From Butyricicoccus sp. (GTDB taxonomy: Bacteria; Bacillota; Clostridia; Oscillospirales; Butyricicoccaceae), in the NCBI GenBank assembly GCA_031293105.1, contig JAUMSA010000091.1:1-42551 (forward strand): DNA of 42,551 nt, read 5' to 3'. How positions within the stretch are numbered: position 1 is the first letter of the stretch; the number at the start of each line of letters is the position of its first letter. Under the pieces are notes generated by a model, which searched no databases, had not been told where the DNA came from, and worked only from the letters and a program-made list of their open reading frames with translations. Shown here one piece after another: positions 1 through 9,744 of the stretch. The position numbers were made by a program, and so were the translations under genes.

Positions 1-49
1 AAATAAAAATATTTCGTAAATGTTTTGCGAATAAAAGGAGCGGAGAAAA

Positions 50-826
50 ATGAAATTGTCTGGAAAAGTGGCTATGGTAACCGGCGCAGCCCAGGGAATC
101 GGCAAAGGCATCGCCCTGGAGTACGCAAAAAACGGCGCCGACCTTGCGGTCATGGATATCAACGGCGAAAAGTTGGCCCATACCGTAGAGGAAATCAAAG
201 CAATGGGCCGCGCATGCATCCAGGTGGTCGGCGATGTTTCCGATTCGGAAACCGTACAGTCCTTTGTGCAGGCGACCCTGGATACCTATCACCAGATCGA
301 TATCCTGACCCATGCGGCCGGCATTTTACGCTCCTGCGCGATCATCGATCAGGAGGAAAAGGATTGGGATGCCGTGATCGCCGTCAATTTGCGCAGCTCG
401 TTCCTGTTTAGTAAGTATGTAGGCCGCCAAATGAAGCAGCAGGGAAGCGGCGCAATCGTCCTGATTGATTCGTGTGCGTCCAAGACCGCCGAAGCATTCA
501 ATGCCGTGTATTGCGCATCCAAGGCAGGCGTTCGGCTGCTGGCCCAGTCGCTGGCGCTGGAACTGGCCGAATACGGTGTGCGGGTCAACAGCATCGCGCC
601 GGGTACGATCAATACCGACATGATTCAGCGCTGCCTGCACGACCGCGCGCCCCTGTATGGGCTGACCTTTGAACAGTACTTAAAAGAATTCAATGAAGCC
701 ACGCCGCTCAAGCGCATGGGAGAACCGGAGGAGATCGGCAAGCTTTGCGTCTTCCTGGTTAGTGAAGACTCGTCCTTCATCACCGGCTCTTCGTTTAATA
801 TTTCGGGCGGCCGCGAGTGCCATTGA
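50..826 (+). CDS. SDR-family NAD(P)-dependent oxidoreductase
   Basis: TGAAQGIG Rossmann motif, YCASK catalytic motif, C-terminal SSFITG; AAGGAG RBS upstream. Confidence 0.93.
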   Translation: MKLSGKVAMVTGAAQGIGKGIALEYAKNGADLAVMDINGEKLAHTVEEIKAMGRACIQVVGDVSDSETVQSFVQATLDTYHQIDILTHAAGILRSCAIIDQEEKDWDAVIAVNLRSSFLFSKYVGRQMKQQGSGAIVLIDSCASKTAEAFNAVYCASKAGVRLLAQSLALELAEYGVRVNSIAPGTINTDMIQRCLHDRAPLYGLTFEQYLKEFNEATPLKRMGEPEEIGKLCVFLVSEDSSFITGSSFNISGGRECH

Positions 827-854
827 TACTCTCCCGGAAGAAAGGAGAGCGGAT

Positions 855-1670
855 ATGGACTATAAGATTGGCATTGTCGAATGGGCTTTTCCTTTTCCGG
901 GGCCCTATGGACTGAAAATTGCAGCCGAATTGGGACTGCAAGGCATGGAACTGGATTTCGGGGAATATGAAACCGGCTATCAGCTCTATCAGCCCCGCAT
1001 CCAACAAGCCTATCTCGAATGTGGCAAGGAATATGGCATCGAATTCCCGGCGATTGCCCTCAATGCCCTCAATACACATGGCATGTCCAAAGATCGCGAT
1101 ACCGCAGACGGGATCATAGCCGTCGAAACCATTCAAAAGGGCATCGAGACGGCACAGAATATGGGAATTCCGGTTGTGCAGCTTCCCAGCTTTGGGGACG
1201 GGGATATCCAGTGCGAACAGGATTTCTATAACACCTGTGAAAAGGTACGGTTTGCCTGTGACCTGGTCAAGGGGAGCGAGATCACCATTGCCGTCGAAAA
1301 TGTTCTGGATGCCGAGCAGACCAAGCGCATGTTGCAGGAAGTTGGCAGCCCACAGCTCAAAGTTTTTTACGACACGCAGAACTACCACTTGGATCGGGGC
1401 TACTCCCAGCCGGAAATTCTGGAAGCCATTGCGGATGATGTTGCACAAATCCATGTCAAAGATGGATACAACCATACCATCAGCTCGGCGCTGCTCGGAC
1501 GCGGGGATGTTTCCTTCTTCAAAACAGCTGAAGTCATCCGGCGCACACAATGCACCAAGTGGCTGTTTTTGGAGAACTATTACAACCGCAAACCGCTCAG
1601 CCTGCTGCACCGGGACGCATTTGAACTCATTCGGCGGGATATTGAGACGCTGCGCACGGTCTTTTCTTGA
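855..1670 (+). CDS. Sugar phosphate isomerase/epimerase (xylose-isomerase-like TIM barrel)
   Basis: AVEN, YDTQN, IHVKD and FLEN metal-binding motifs; start moved to ATG 855 after AAGGAG. Confidence 0.85.
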   Translation: MDYKIGIVEWAFPFPGPYGLKIAAELGLQGMELDFGEYETGYQLYQPRIQQAYLECGKEYGIEFPAIALNALNTHGMSKDRDTADGIIAVETIQKGIETAQNMGIPVVQLPSFGDGDIQCEQDFYNTCEKVRFACDLVKGSEITIAVENVLDAEQTKRMLQEVGSPQLKVFYDTQNYHLDRGYSQPEILEAIADDVAQIHVKDGYNHTISSALLGRGDVSFFKTAEVIRRTQCTKWLFLENYYNRKPLSLLHRDAFELIRRDIETLRTVFS

Positions 1671-1696
1671 GCCGCCACACGGGTAAGGAGGTCAAA

Positions 1697-3202
1697 ATGA
1701 TCGCAAATCAAAAACAACCCCTACTTGAAATGACTGGCATCAACAAGATTTATCCGGGCGTTCATGCACTCAAAGATGTGGATTTTTCCTTGCAGCCCGG
1801 CGAAGTATGCGCCATTTTAGGAGAAAACGGCGCCGGCAAATCGACGCTGATGAACGTACTCGGCGGCGTTGTACCGCTTGACACCGGTACGATCAAGCTG
1901 GAAGGAAAACCGGTCTCCCTGCGCGGCACCAAGGATGCCGAGCGTTTGGGCATTTCCTTTATTCATCAGGAACTGTCCCTGTTTCCCAAAATGGATATCG
2001 CCTCCAACATTTTCGTGCAGGAACTGCCCTCCAAAATGGGCTTTCTGCGCACGAAAAAGATGTTTCAAAGCACGCGAGAGATCCTCAAGCGCGTTAAACT
2101 GGAGCATTGCCGTCCCGACCAGCTTGTCGGCGACCTGAAGATTGGCGAACAGCAGCTTGTCGAGATTGGCCGTACCTTGACACGCGGCATCAAAATCCTC
2201 ATTTTGGACGAGCCGACGTCGTCGCTGACTTCGTCCGAAGTCGATATCCTGTTTCAGATTGTGCGCGAGTTAAAAGAGCAGGGCACAGCGGTCATTTTCA
2301 TCACCCACCACATGGATGAAATTTATGAGATTTGTGACACGCTGATGATTATGCGCGACGGGGAACGCATCCTCAAATGCGGCACCCACGACATTTCCCG
2401 TGCTGATGTGGTCAACACCATGCTTGGCCATACGGCCGAAGAGCAATACAGCCACCCCAAGCGCACCTATGGAAAAGAAGTCCTGGCGGTGCGAGGCCTG
2501 ACACGGAAAGGCAAGCTGGAAAATATCAGCTTCCAGGTGCGCGGGGGTGAAATGGTCGGGCTGTATGGCCTGTTAGGTTCCGGACGCACCGAAGTGCTCC
2601 GCAGTATTTTCGGGCTGGACAAATACGATACCGGGGAAATTGAGTATTTGGGTGAAAAGGTTACCATCCGTACGCCGCAGGATGCCATCAGCCGCGGCAT
2701 GGCCATGGTCACCGAAGACCGTCACAAAGAGGGCCTGGTGCTCGATGAATCGGTTCGGTTTAATATGACCCTGGCCAATCTGAAAGCCATTAAGGGCAAA
2801 CTGTTTGTCCGGCCAGGCAAGGAGGCCGAGATCAGCAAAAAAAGCGTGAGCAGCCTCAATGTCAAGACCCCGTCCATTCAACGGGCGGTCAAATATCTGT
2901 CGGGCGGCAACCAGCAAAAGGTGGTTTTGGCCAAATGGCTCAATACCCATCCCAAACTGCTTTTGCTGGACGAACCCACGCGCGGGATCGACATTGGCGC
3001 CAAGCAGGAGATCTATGGGATTGTCGAAAACTTGCTGCAACAAGGCGTTGCAGTCATTATGGTATCGTCCGAGGTGCCCGAGGTGCTGGGTGTGTGCGAC
3101 CGGGTGGTTGTGCTGCAAAATGGGCGACAGGTATGCGAGCTGGAGAATGACGGCCATCTGCAGGCCAGTACGCTTCTCGAAGCCGCCATGGGAGGAGAAT
3201 GA
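1697..3202 (+). CDS. Sugar ABC transporter ATP-binding protein (RbsA/MglA type, two NBDs)
   Basis: GENGAGKST Walker A, two DEPT Walker B motifs, LSGGNQQKV signature; AAGGAGG RBS. Confidence 0.95.
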   Translation: MIANQKQPLLEMTGINKIYPGVHALKDVDFSLQPGEVCAILGENGAGKSTLMNVLGGVVPLDTGTIKLEGKPVSLRGTKDAERLGISFIHQELSLFPKMDIASNIFVQELPSKMGFLRTKKMFQSTREILKRVKLEHCRPDQLVGDLKIGEQQLVEIGRTLTRGIKILILDEPTSSLTSSEVDILFQIVRELKEQGTAVIFITHHMDEIYEICDTLMIMRDGERILKCGTHDISRADVVNTMLGHTAEEQYSHPKRTYGKEVLAVRGLTRKGKLENISFQVRGGEMVGLYGLLGSGRTEVLRSIFGLDKYDTGEIEYLGEKVTIRTPQDAISRGMAMVTEDRHKEGLVLDESVRFNMTLANLKAIKGKLFVRPGKEAEISKKSVSSLNVKTPSIQRAVKYLSGGNQQKVVLAKWLNTHPKLLLLDEPTRGIDIGAKQEIYGIVENLLQQGVAVIMVSSEVPEVLGVCDRVVVLQNGRQVCELENDGHLQASTLLEAAMGGE

Positions 3203-4182
3203 ACATGCCGAAACAAACCAGATTTTCCGATTTGAATGGCCGACGTCTCATGCAGATTGGCATGAAGTATGGCATTTATATTCTGTTTCTGTTCATTGTT
3301 TTGGTGCTGGCGATTACCAGCCCCAGCTTCCGTACGGTGGCGAATGCGTCCAACGTGCTGCTCCAGGTGACGACCAACGCGGTCTTGGGCATTGGCATGA
3401 CGTTCGTCATCATGACCGGCGGCATCGACGTATCCATTGGCGGCATTATGGTATGCTGCGGCAGTGTATATTCCATCATGTCGCAGTCCGGTGTATCGGA
3501 AGGGCCAGCCATTGCTGCCATGTTCCTGGTGGCGCTTCTGGTCGGTACGATCAATGGTGTATCGATCGCTTATCTGGGGATGCCCGCCTTCTTGGCGACC
3601 CTGGCGACCCAGTGCATGTGCCGCGGCCTATCGCTGGTTTTGACCGGCGGCGCCTCTTTCCGCAATCTGGGTCAGAGCTTTACCTTTTTCGGAAAGACCA
3701 ATTTTTTGACGATTTCGATTCAAATTTGGGTCGTGGCCGTCCTGTTTGTGATTGGCTATCTCATCCTACATAAGACCATCTATGGCCGCAAATTGACAGC
3801 CGTAGGCGGCAATCTGAATGCTGCGCGCGTGTCGGGCATCAATGATAAGCTCATCACATGCAGTGCGTATATCATCTTGGGTGTCATCAGCGGCATTGCC
3901 GGTTATCTCAACATGGCCCGTCTGGGCAGCTACTATGCCGCCATGGGCGACGGCATCGAGTTTATGGTCATCGCCGCCGTTGTAATCGGTGGTACAAGCA
4001 TGATCGGCGGTGCCGGCAGTATGGTGGGCACCTTGGTCGGCACCCTGCTCATCGGTGTCATCAACAATGCGCTCAATTTGTTCCGTGTGGACGCGGAATG
4101 GCAGGATGTGGCCAAAGGTTTCATTATTTTTCTCGCCGTTTTGTTCGATGCGATCAAGAACCGCATGAAACGAGCAGAATAG
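3199..4182 (+). CDS. Sugar ABC transporter permease (RbsC type)
   Basis: GGIDVSIG, YGRKLTAVGGN and IAAVVIGG motifs; multiple TM segments; overlaps upstream stop. Confidence 0.94.
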   Translation: MNMPKQTRFSDLNGRRLMQIGMKYGIYILFLFIVLVLAITSPSFRTVANASNVLLQVTTNAVLGIGMTFVIMTGGIDVSIGGIMVCCGSVYSIMSQSGVSEGPAIAAMFLVALLVGTINGVSIAYLGMPAFLATLATQCMCRGLSLVLTGGASFRNLGQSFTFFGKTNFLTISIQIWVVAVLFVIGYLILHKTIYGRKLTAVGGNLNAARVSGINDKLITCSAYIILGVISGIAGYLNMARLGSYYAAMGDGIEFMVIAAVVIGGTSMIGGAGSMVGTLVGTLLIGVINNALNLFRVDAEWQDVAKGFIIFLAVLFDAIKNRMKRAE

Positions 4183-4226
4183 GATAACTCCCGCGCAAAA
4201 AAATGGAAAACAAAGGAGGACTCCCC

Positions 4227-5258
4227 ATGAAAAAGCAGGTATCCCGTATTCTAAGCGCATGTTTGGCCGCCGCTCTGGCGGGCACCATGCTTTCCGGCTG
4301 CAGTACGACCGACAACGCGGGCGGACAGTCGGCCGCATCCGGCTCGGATGACGGACAGCGCACGATGGCGATTATGATGCACTCGGTTGCCGATGAATTT
4401 ATCTACGCCGTTGGCGAGAAGGCGCAGGAATATGCCAAAGAACAGGGCTATTCGGTTACCTTCTACAACGCAGACAATGTAGCCGATACCCAGGCCTCGC
4501 AGATCAATGACGTGCTGGCGACGGGCGTGGATGCCATCGTGCTGGCGCCGGTCGACGCCGATGCGCTGGCAAATTCCGTGCTGGCCATTAACGAAGCCAA
4601 CGTGCCGGTCACCCTGATTGACCGGACGATTGCAGAAGGCAACTTCGTTGCGGTAAACCAGGCGGATAATGTTCAGTGCGGGTATCAGGGTGCGGTAACC
4701 CTGGTCGAGCAAGCCAAGGAACAGGGCATCGACGTGGCGGACCTCAAGGTTCTGGAGCTCATGGGCGACCTATCGAGCACTTCGGGCTTGGAGCGTTCGC
4801 AGGGCTTCCAGCAGGCAGCCGAAGAATTGGGCTTTGAAATCGTTTCCTCGCTGCCGACCTATTGGCAGTCGGATACCGCGTATAATGCGACCCTGGACGC
4901 TTTCCAGGCTTCGCCGGACATCAATGCCATCTACTGCGCATCGGACGGCGTTATGGCAGACTCGGTCATCAATGCGCTGGACCAGATGCAGCTTTTGAAA
5001 AAGAAGGGCGAAGATGGCCATATCATCATCACGACCGTCGATGGCACACCGGGCGCGATTAAGTACATCCAGGACGGCTACATCGATGCAGCTTGCTCGC
5101 AGCCGGCTTTCCAGATGGCGACCGATGCGGTCGATTATCTGACCAAGGCCCTGGATGGCGAAGAGAAGCTGGACGCCTGCATTAACAATGCGCTGGCGCC
5201 GGTCATCATCACGACCGAAAATGCAGACAGCAAGGATCTGTGGGGCAATAACGTATAA
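4227..5258 (+). CDS. Sugar ABC substrate-binding lipoprotein (RbsB-like)
   Basis: Signal peptide with LSGC lipobox; GVDAIVLAP and ER..GF motifs; AAAGGAGG RBS. Confidence 0.92.
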   Translation: MKKQVSRILSACLAAALAGTMLSGCSTTDNAGGQSAASGSDDGQRTMAIMMHSVADEFIYAVGEKAQEYAKEQGYSVTFYNADNVADTQASQINDVLATGVDAIVLAPVDADALANSVLAINEANVPVTLIDRTIAEGNFVAVNQADNVQCGYQGAVTLVEQAKEQGIDVADLKVLELMGDLSSTSGLERSQGFQQAAEELGFEIVSSLPTYWQSDTAYNATLDAFQASPDINAIYCASDGVMADSVINALDQMQLLKKKGEDGHIIITTVDGTPGAIKYIQDGYIDAACSQPAFQMATDAVDYLTKALDGEEKLDACINNALAPVIITTENADSKDLWGNNV

Positions 5259-5278
5259 ATCGGAAATGAGGTGCACAT

Positions 5279-6322
5279 ATGCCAACGATGCAAGCGGCTG
5301 TTTTCAAGGGCAATGGAGTCTTGGAATTGGAGCAGGTCGAGATTCCAAAGATCGCACACCCAGACCAGGTGCTGCTCCAAGTACGTGCCGCCAGCATTTG
5401 CGGCAGTGATATCCATGCGCTGCATGTGCCGCCCGGACAGGTGATCAAGCCGGGTGTCATCATGGGCCATGAATTCTTTGGCACCATTGTCGAAATGGGC
5501 AGCGCGGTGCATGGTTTCTCGGTGGGGGACTGTGTGGTCGTCAATCCCTGCCTGCCTTGCGGAGAATGCTGGGAATGCAAGCACGGGATGGGCAATCTAT
5601 GTCCCAATCCACGGCATTATGGCCAGACCTGCGACGGTGGGTTTGCCCAGTATGCTTTGGTTGAGGCCAGTCAGCTGTATCGGTTGCCCGCGGACATCAA
5701 CCCGGATACGGCGGCACAGACCGAGCCGCTTGCCTGCATTTTGAGCGGCATGGGGATGATTCAGCCGGCTCCATCGGAACATGTCTTGCTCTATGGGGCA
5801 GGGCCGATCGGCTTGACGTTTATCCAGGTGCTCAAGATCTTTGGGGTGCGTCATCTGGCTGTCGTGGCAAAGGGACAAGCCCGTATCGAGCAAGCCAAAA
5901 AGTGCGGAGCCGATCTGGTGATCGATATGCAGCAGGAGAATTTGGGGGACGTGCTTCAAAATGCGTGGGGCTGCCTGGCAGACGTCGTGATCGATGCCGT
6001 GGGCACCGGAGCGATTTTGACGCAGGCAGTGCATCTGGTCAACAGCCATGGACGGTTTTTGCTGTTCGGCCTGAATCACAATGCGATGGCACAAATCCCG
6101 CCCGCGATTTTCACCCAAAAGGAATTAAAACTAATGGGTGTTTTGGGCAAGGCGTTTCTGCCGGCCATTGATATGCTGTCGGATGAACGGCTGCATATCG
6201 ATGCGTTGGTCACCCACCGGTTTGGACTGGATGGCATCCATGAAGCTTTGACGCTTTTGCGGGAAAAGAAGGCTTCGCGCGTGATTTTGTATCCCAATGG
6301 AGGACTCCCGCAATCCATTTGA
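5279..6322 (+). CDS. Zn-dependent (MDR) polyol/alcohol dehydrogenase
   Basis: ICGSD, GHE, CGECWEC..C structural Zn cluster, GAGPIG. Confidence 0.93.
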   Translation: MPTMQAAVFKGNGVLELEQVEIPKIAHPDQVLLQVRAASICGSDIHALHVPPGQVIKPGVIMGHEFFGTIVEMGSAVHGFSVGDCVVVNPCLPCGECWECKHGMGNLCPNPRHYGQTCDGGFAQYALVEASQLYRLPADINPDTAAQTEPLACILSGMGMIQPAPSEHVLLYGAGPIGLTFIQVLKIFGVRHLAVVAKGQARIEQAKKCGADLVIDMQQENLGDVLQNAWGCLADVVIDAVGTGAILTQAVHLVNSHGRFLLFGLNHNAMAQIPPAIFTQKELKLMGVLGKAFLPAIDMLSDERLHIDALVTHRFGLDGIHEALTLLREKKASRVILYPNGGLPQSI

Positions 6323-6345
6323 TTTTTCTTCTCTTCTTCTCAAGC

Positions 6346-6380
6346 AAGCGGCGGACAACCCGGGTGTTGTCCGCCGCTTT
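6346..6380 (+). terminator. Intrinsic terminator-like hairpin after the sugar operon
   Basis: AAGCGGCGGACAAC...GTTGTCCGCCGCTT inverted repeat. Confidence 0.7.
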
Positions 6381-6414
6381 GGCATGCCGGGAAAGCCCTC
6401 CTTTCACACAATAC

Positions 6415-6450
6415 GTACAAGAGGTACACGAAGTACAACAAGTACAAGAG
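6415..6450. repeat. Four tandem 9-bp repeats (GTACAnnAn)
   Basis: GTACAAGAG GTACACGAA GTACAACAA GTACAAGAG. Confidence 0.75.
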
Positions 6451-6807
6451 CATATCCCGCGCCCAAAATCCGCCCGGCGGGGCCGTGATGTCCTAGAAAT
6501 CTAACATTTCATACAGTAGTATATATTCCTCATGTTTGCGGATTTGCATAATTGATATTTTGATATTGCATTTTTGGTGGTTTTTGAATTGGTTTGTCAA
6601 AATGGACGTGTCAAACGGTGTCATTGTATTTGGTTTGACAAATGGGGTAAAAGCCTTGAAATATCCAAAATGAGATGCTAATATTACGGTGTCAGGTACA
6701 GAAAAGCAAAAACCAAAACAAAAAACCTTTTCTGTAAGACAAAAAACCGTCCCGTGGGAAACGAAAGACAAAAAATAAAATCCGTCAAATAAGGAAGGGA
6801 GAGCACC

Positions 6808-7542
6808 ATGGCAGAGAACAAAAACTTCAAGTTTGTAGATCATTATGAATTCAACGAAGATCTCCTCAAGCAGGCATTCGCCGAAGCGCGGGAAATCTAC
6901 AAAGAGCGCGGGTTCATGCGCAAGATGGGCTATGGCAAAGCCCCGGCCATCACCACGGTCGATATGGCAAAGGCCTGGATGAGCGAAGGCCATCCGTTCA
7001 CCTGTAACCACTCGGATGAGGTTTGCGCCGAGGCGCTCAAGGTATTGGAAGCTGGCCGCAAAGTTGGCGTACCGATCTTCCACACCACCACCGGTTATCT
7101 GGGCGAAAAGCAGTGGGACCTGCCGCGCTGGGATGAAAAGATCCCGATGAGCTCGCTGGACATCAACAGCGAATGGATGGAGATTGACCCCAAGATCAAA
7201 CCTCAGCCCGAAGAACCGGTCATCCATAAGAAATATGCGTCCAACTTCTTCGGCACGCACCTGGCGCAAACGCTCAACTACCTGGGCGTGGATACCCTGA
7301 TTGTCATGGGCGCCACCGCTTGCGCCTGTGTCCGCCACACGGTCATGGATTCGACCGGCTATGGCTTCAAGACCATCGTTCCGGAAGGCACGGTCGGCGA
7401 CCGCGTACCGGGCGTTGTCGAATGGAACCTGTTTGACATGGAAGCCAAGTTCTGCGATGTGGTTCCGGTAGACGAAGTGGTCAAGTACCTGGAAGGCATC
7501 GACCCGTCGGTTTACACCAAGCATGCCCGCAAGTTCGACTAA
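6808..7542 (+). CDS. N-carbamoylsarcosine amidase-like cysteine hydrolase (isochorismatase family)
   Basis: Asp (TVDM), Lys (IHKK), Cys (ACVRHT) triad; segments YKERGF..MGYG..PA..D...AW..GHPF and GDRVPGVVEWNLFD closely resemble Arthrobacter N-carbamoylsarcosine amidohydrolase as I recall it. Confidence 0.85.
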   Translation: MAENKNFKFVDHYEFNEDLLKQAFAEAREIYKERGFMRKMGYGKAPAITTVDMAKAWMSEGHPFTCNHSDEVCAEALKVLEAGRKVGVPIFHTTTGYLGEKQWDLPRWDEKIPMSSLDINSEWMEIDPKIKPQPEEPVIHKKYASNFFGTHLAQTLNYLGVDTLIVMGATACACVRHTVMDSTGYGFKTIVPEGTVGDRVPGVVEWNLFDMEAKFCDVVPVDEVVKYLEGIDPSVYTKHARKFD

Positions 7543-7563
7543 GGGCAAACAGAAGAGAGATTC

Positions 7564-7614
7564 AATGTATGGACAATGGTGTCAGATACAACGCCGGCGT
7601 CCATACATTTTTTT
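7564..7614 (+). terminator. Intra-operon hairpin with T-tract
   Basis: AATGTATGGAC...GTCCATACATT followed by a T run. Confidence 0.55.
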
Positions 7615-7638
7615 ATGCAATGGAGGGAGTGACCAAAC

Positions 7639-9726
7639 ATGAAGCGAATGGGCGTGGATGTTGGCGGTACATTTACCGATTTTATCTATGTAGACGACAA
7701 CGGCAAGATCGATGTATACAAGACCTCCACCACACCGCAAGACCCTTCCATCGGCATGATGGAGGGCATCAACGCAATCTGTGACAAGCTGAACATCCGG
7801 CACGAGGACATCGACGAGATTTTCCACGGCACCACGATTGCCACCAATATGGTTTTGGAACACAAGGGCGCGCGCGCCGGTATGATTACCACCAAGGGCT
7901 ACCGGGACATCATCCACATCGCGCGGCACAAGCGGCCGACCAACTTTTCCATCGTCGAGGATATCCCGTGGCAAAAGTACCCGGTTTGTCAAAGACGCGA
8001 CCGCTATGGCGTATCCGAACGGGTGGTGGCGCCCGACGGCGCCGAGCTGATTCCGCTCAACGAGGACGAAGTACGGCAGGCGGTGCGCAAGATGAAGGCC
8101 GACAAGGTCGAGGCCATCGCGGTATGCTTCCTGTTTTCCTTCCTCAACCCGGCGCATGAACAGCGGGTCAAAGAGATCATCCAGGAGGAGTATCCCGAGG
8201 TTTATATCTCGCTCAGTTCGGAAGTGTTGCCGCAGTTCCGTGAGTATGAACGCTTTACCACGACCGGCCTGAACGCCTACATCGGCCCGACGACGGCCAA
8301 GTACATCAAGCAACTCCAGCAGACCCTGAAAGACCAGGGCTACCGGGCCAAGGTGCATCTGATGCAGTCGTTTGGCGGCGTGGCTTCGGCCGAATCGGCC
8401 CAGGAAAAGCCGGTCAACCTGCTGCTGTCCGGCCCGGTCGGCGGCGTGCTGGGCGCCATCTGGACGACCAAGCTGACCCGCCTCAACAACGTCATCACCC
8501 TGGACATCGGCGGCACGTCGGCCGATATCTCGGTTTTAGCTGACCTCAACCCCAGCATGAAGCATCTGCTCGACACCCAGGTCGGCGGCTATGCCGCCAT
8601 GGTTCCCATGATCGACGTGGGCACCATCGGCGCCGGCGGCGGTTCGATTGCTTACATCGACGAGGGCGGGTTCTTCCGCGTCGGCCCGCAGAGCGCGGGC
8701 GCCGTACCCGGCCCGGCCTGCTATGACCGCGGCGGCATCGAACCCGCAGTGTCGGATGCCAACATCATTTTGGGCCGATTGGGCACCAAGCTGCTCGGCG
8801 GCCGCATGGAAATCAAGCCGGAACTTGCCGAAAAGGCGATCATGGAGCGCATCGGCAAGCCGCTGGGCAAAGACCTGTATGAGGCGGCGCTCGGCATCAT
8901 CGACATCATGAACAACAACATGATTCAGGAGATCGAGAAGGAGAGCGTCCGCCGCGGCTTTGACCCGCGTGAATTTGCGCTCTTTGCCTGCGGCGGCGCG
9001 GGTTCGCTGCACGCGTGCAGCGTGGCGCGCGAACTGGGCATGAAGCACGTCATCGTGCCGCTCAACCCGGGCGCACTGTGCGCGGTCGGCCTGGTCAACA
9101 CCGACCTGATGTACGACTATTCCAAGACCGAAATGCAGCTTTCCACCAACGTCAACCTGGACATTCTCGACCAGGACTATGCGACTTTGGAGAAGGAAGC
9201 CTACGATCGCCTGATTGAGGACAACATGACCGACGAGGATATCGTCATCCAGCGCGTGGCCGACTGCCGCTATGAGGGCCAGGGCTACGAGATGCGCGTG
9301 CCGGTCATCGGCGGCCGGGTGACCATGGAGACCATCGAAAAGATGAAGGAATCCTTCCACACCGTACACAAGCGGCAGTTTGGACGCTCCTACCGCGAGG
9401 TGGCGGTCGAAATCGTCAACATCCGCGTCATCGGCACGGGCAAGATCGAGGATTTGCAGCCGCTCAAGATCGCCAAGGGCACCGGCAATGTCAGCGATGC
9501 GGTCATCGGCGAGCGCCGCGTGACCTTCAAGGTGCAGGGCAAGCCCGTGCACTGCATGACCAAAATCTACGACCGCAGCCTCTTCAAGGCCGGCGATGAA
9601 ATCCAAGGCCCGGCCATCATCAACCAGATGGACACCACCATTGTCATTGAACCGGACTGTGTAGGGCATGTCAATGAATACGGCATCATCGTCATCGACA
9701 TCCAGCCCCCCACGGTAGAAGACTAA
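7639..9726 (+). CDS. hyuA: Hydantoinase/oxoprolinase subunit A (N-methylhydantoinase A-like, ATP-dependent)
   Basis: GVDVGGTFTD, HGTTIATN, REYER, DIGGTSAD, GAGGGS, GPQSAGAVPGPACY. Confidence 0.93.
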   Translation: MKRMGVDVGGTFTDFIYVDDNGKIDVYKTSTTPQDPSIGMMEGINAICDKLNIRHEDIDEIFHGTTIATNMVLEHKGARAGMITTKGYRDIIHIARHKRPTNFSIVEDIPWQKYPVCQRRDRYGVSERVVAPDGAELIPLNEDEVRQAVRKMKADKVEAIAVCFLFSFLNPAHEQRVKEIIQEEYPEVYISLSSEVLPQFREYERFTTTGLNAYIGPTTAKYIKQLQQTLKDQGYRAKVHLMQSFGGVASAESAQEKPVNLLLSGPVGGVLGAIWTTKLTRLNNVITLDIGGTSADISVLADLNPSMKHLLDTQVGGYAAMVPMIDVGTIGAGGGSIAYIDEGGFFRVGPQSAGAVPGPACYDRGGIEPAVSDANIILGRLGTKLLGGRMEIKPELAEKAIMERIGKPLGKDLYEAALGIIDIMNNNMIQEIEKESVRRGFDPREFALFACGGAGSLHACSVARELGMKHVIVPLNPGALCAVGLVNTDLMYDYSKTEMQLSTNVNLDILDQDYATLEKEAYDRLIEDNMTDEDIVIQRVADCRYEGQGYEMRVPVIGGRVTMETIEKMKESFHTVHKRQFGRSYREVAVEIVNIRVIGTGKIEDLQPLKIAKGTGNVSDAVIGERRVTFKVQGKPVHCMTKIYDRSLFKAGDEIQGPAIINQMDTTIVIEPDCVGHVNEYGIIVIDIQPPTVED

Positions 9727-9744
9727 AGGAAAGGGACGATATGC

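Noticed and set aside
6131..6407. Minus-strand small ORF after an AAAGGAGG motif
   Set aside because: RBS spacing is long, the ORF runs through a terminator and antisense into the dehydrogenase, and the peptide is unconvincing
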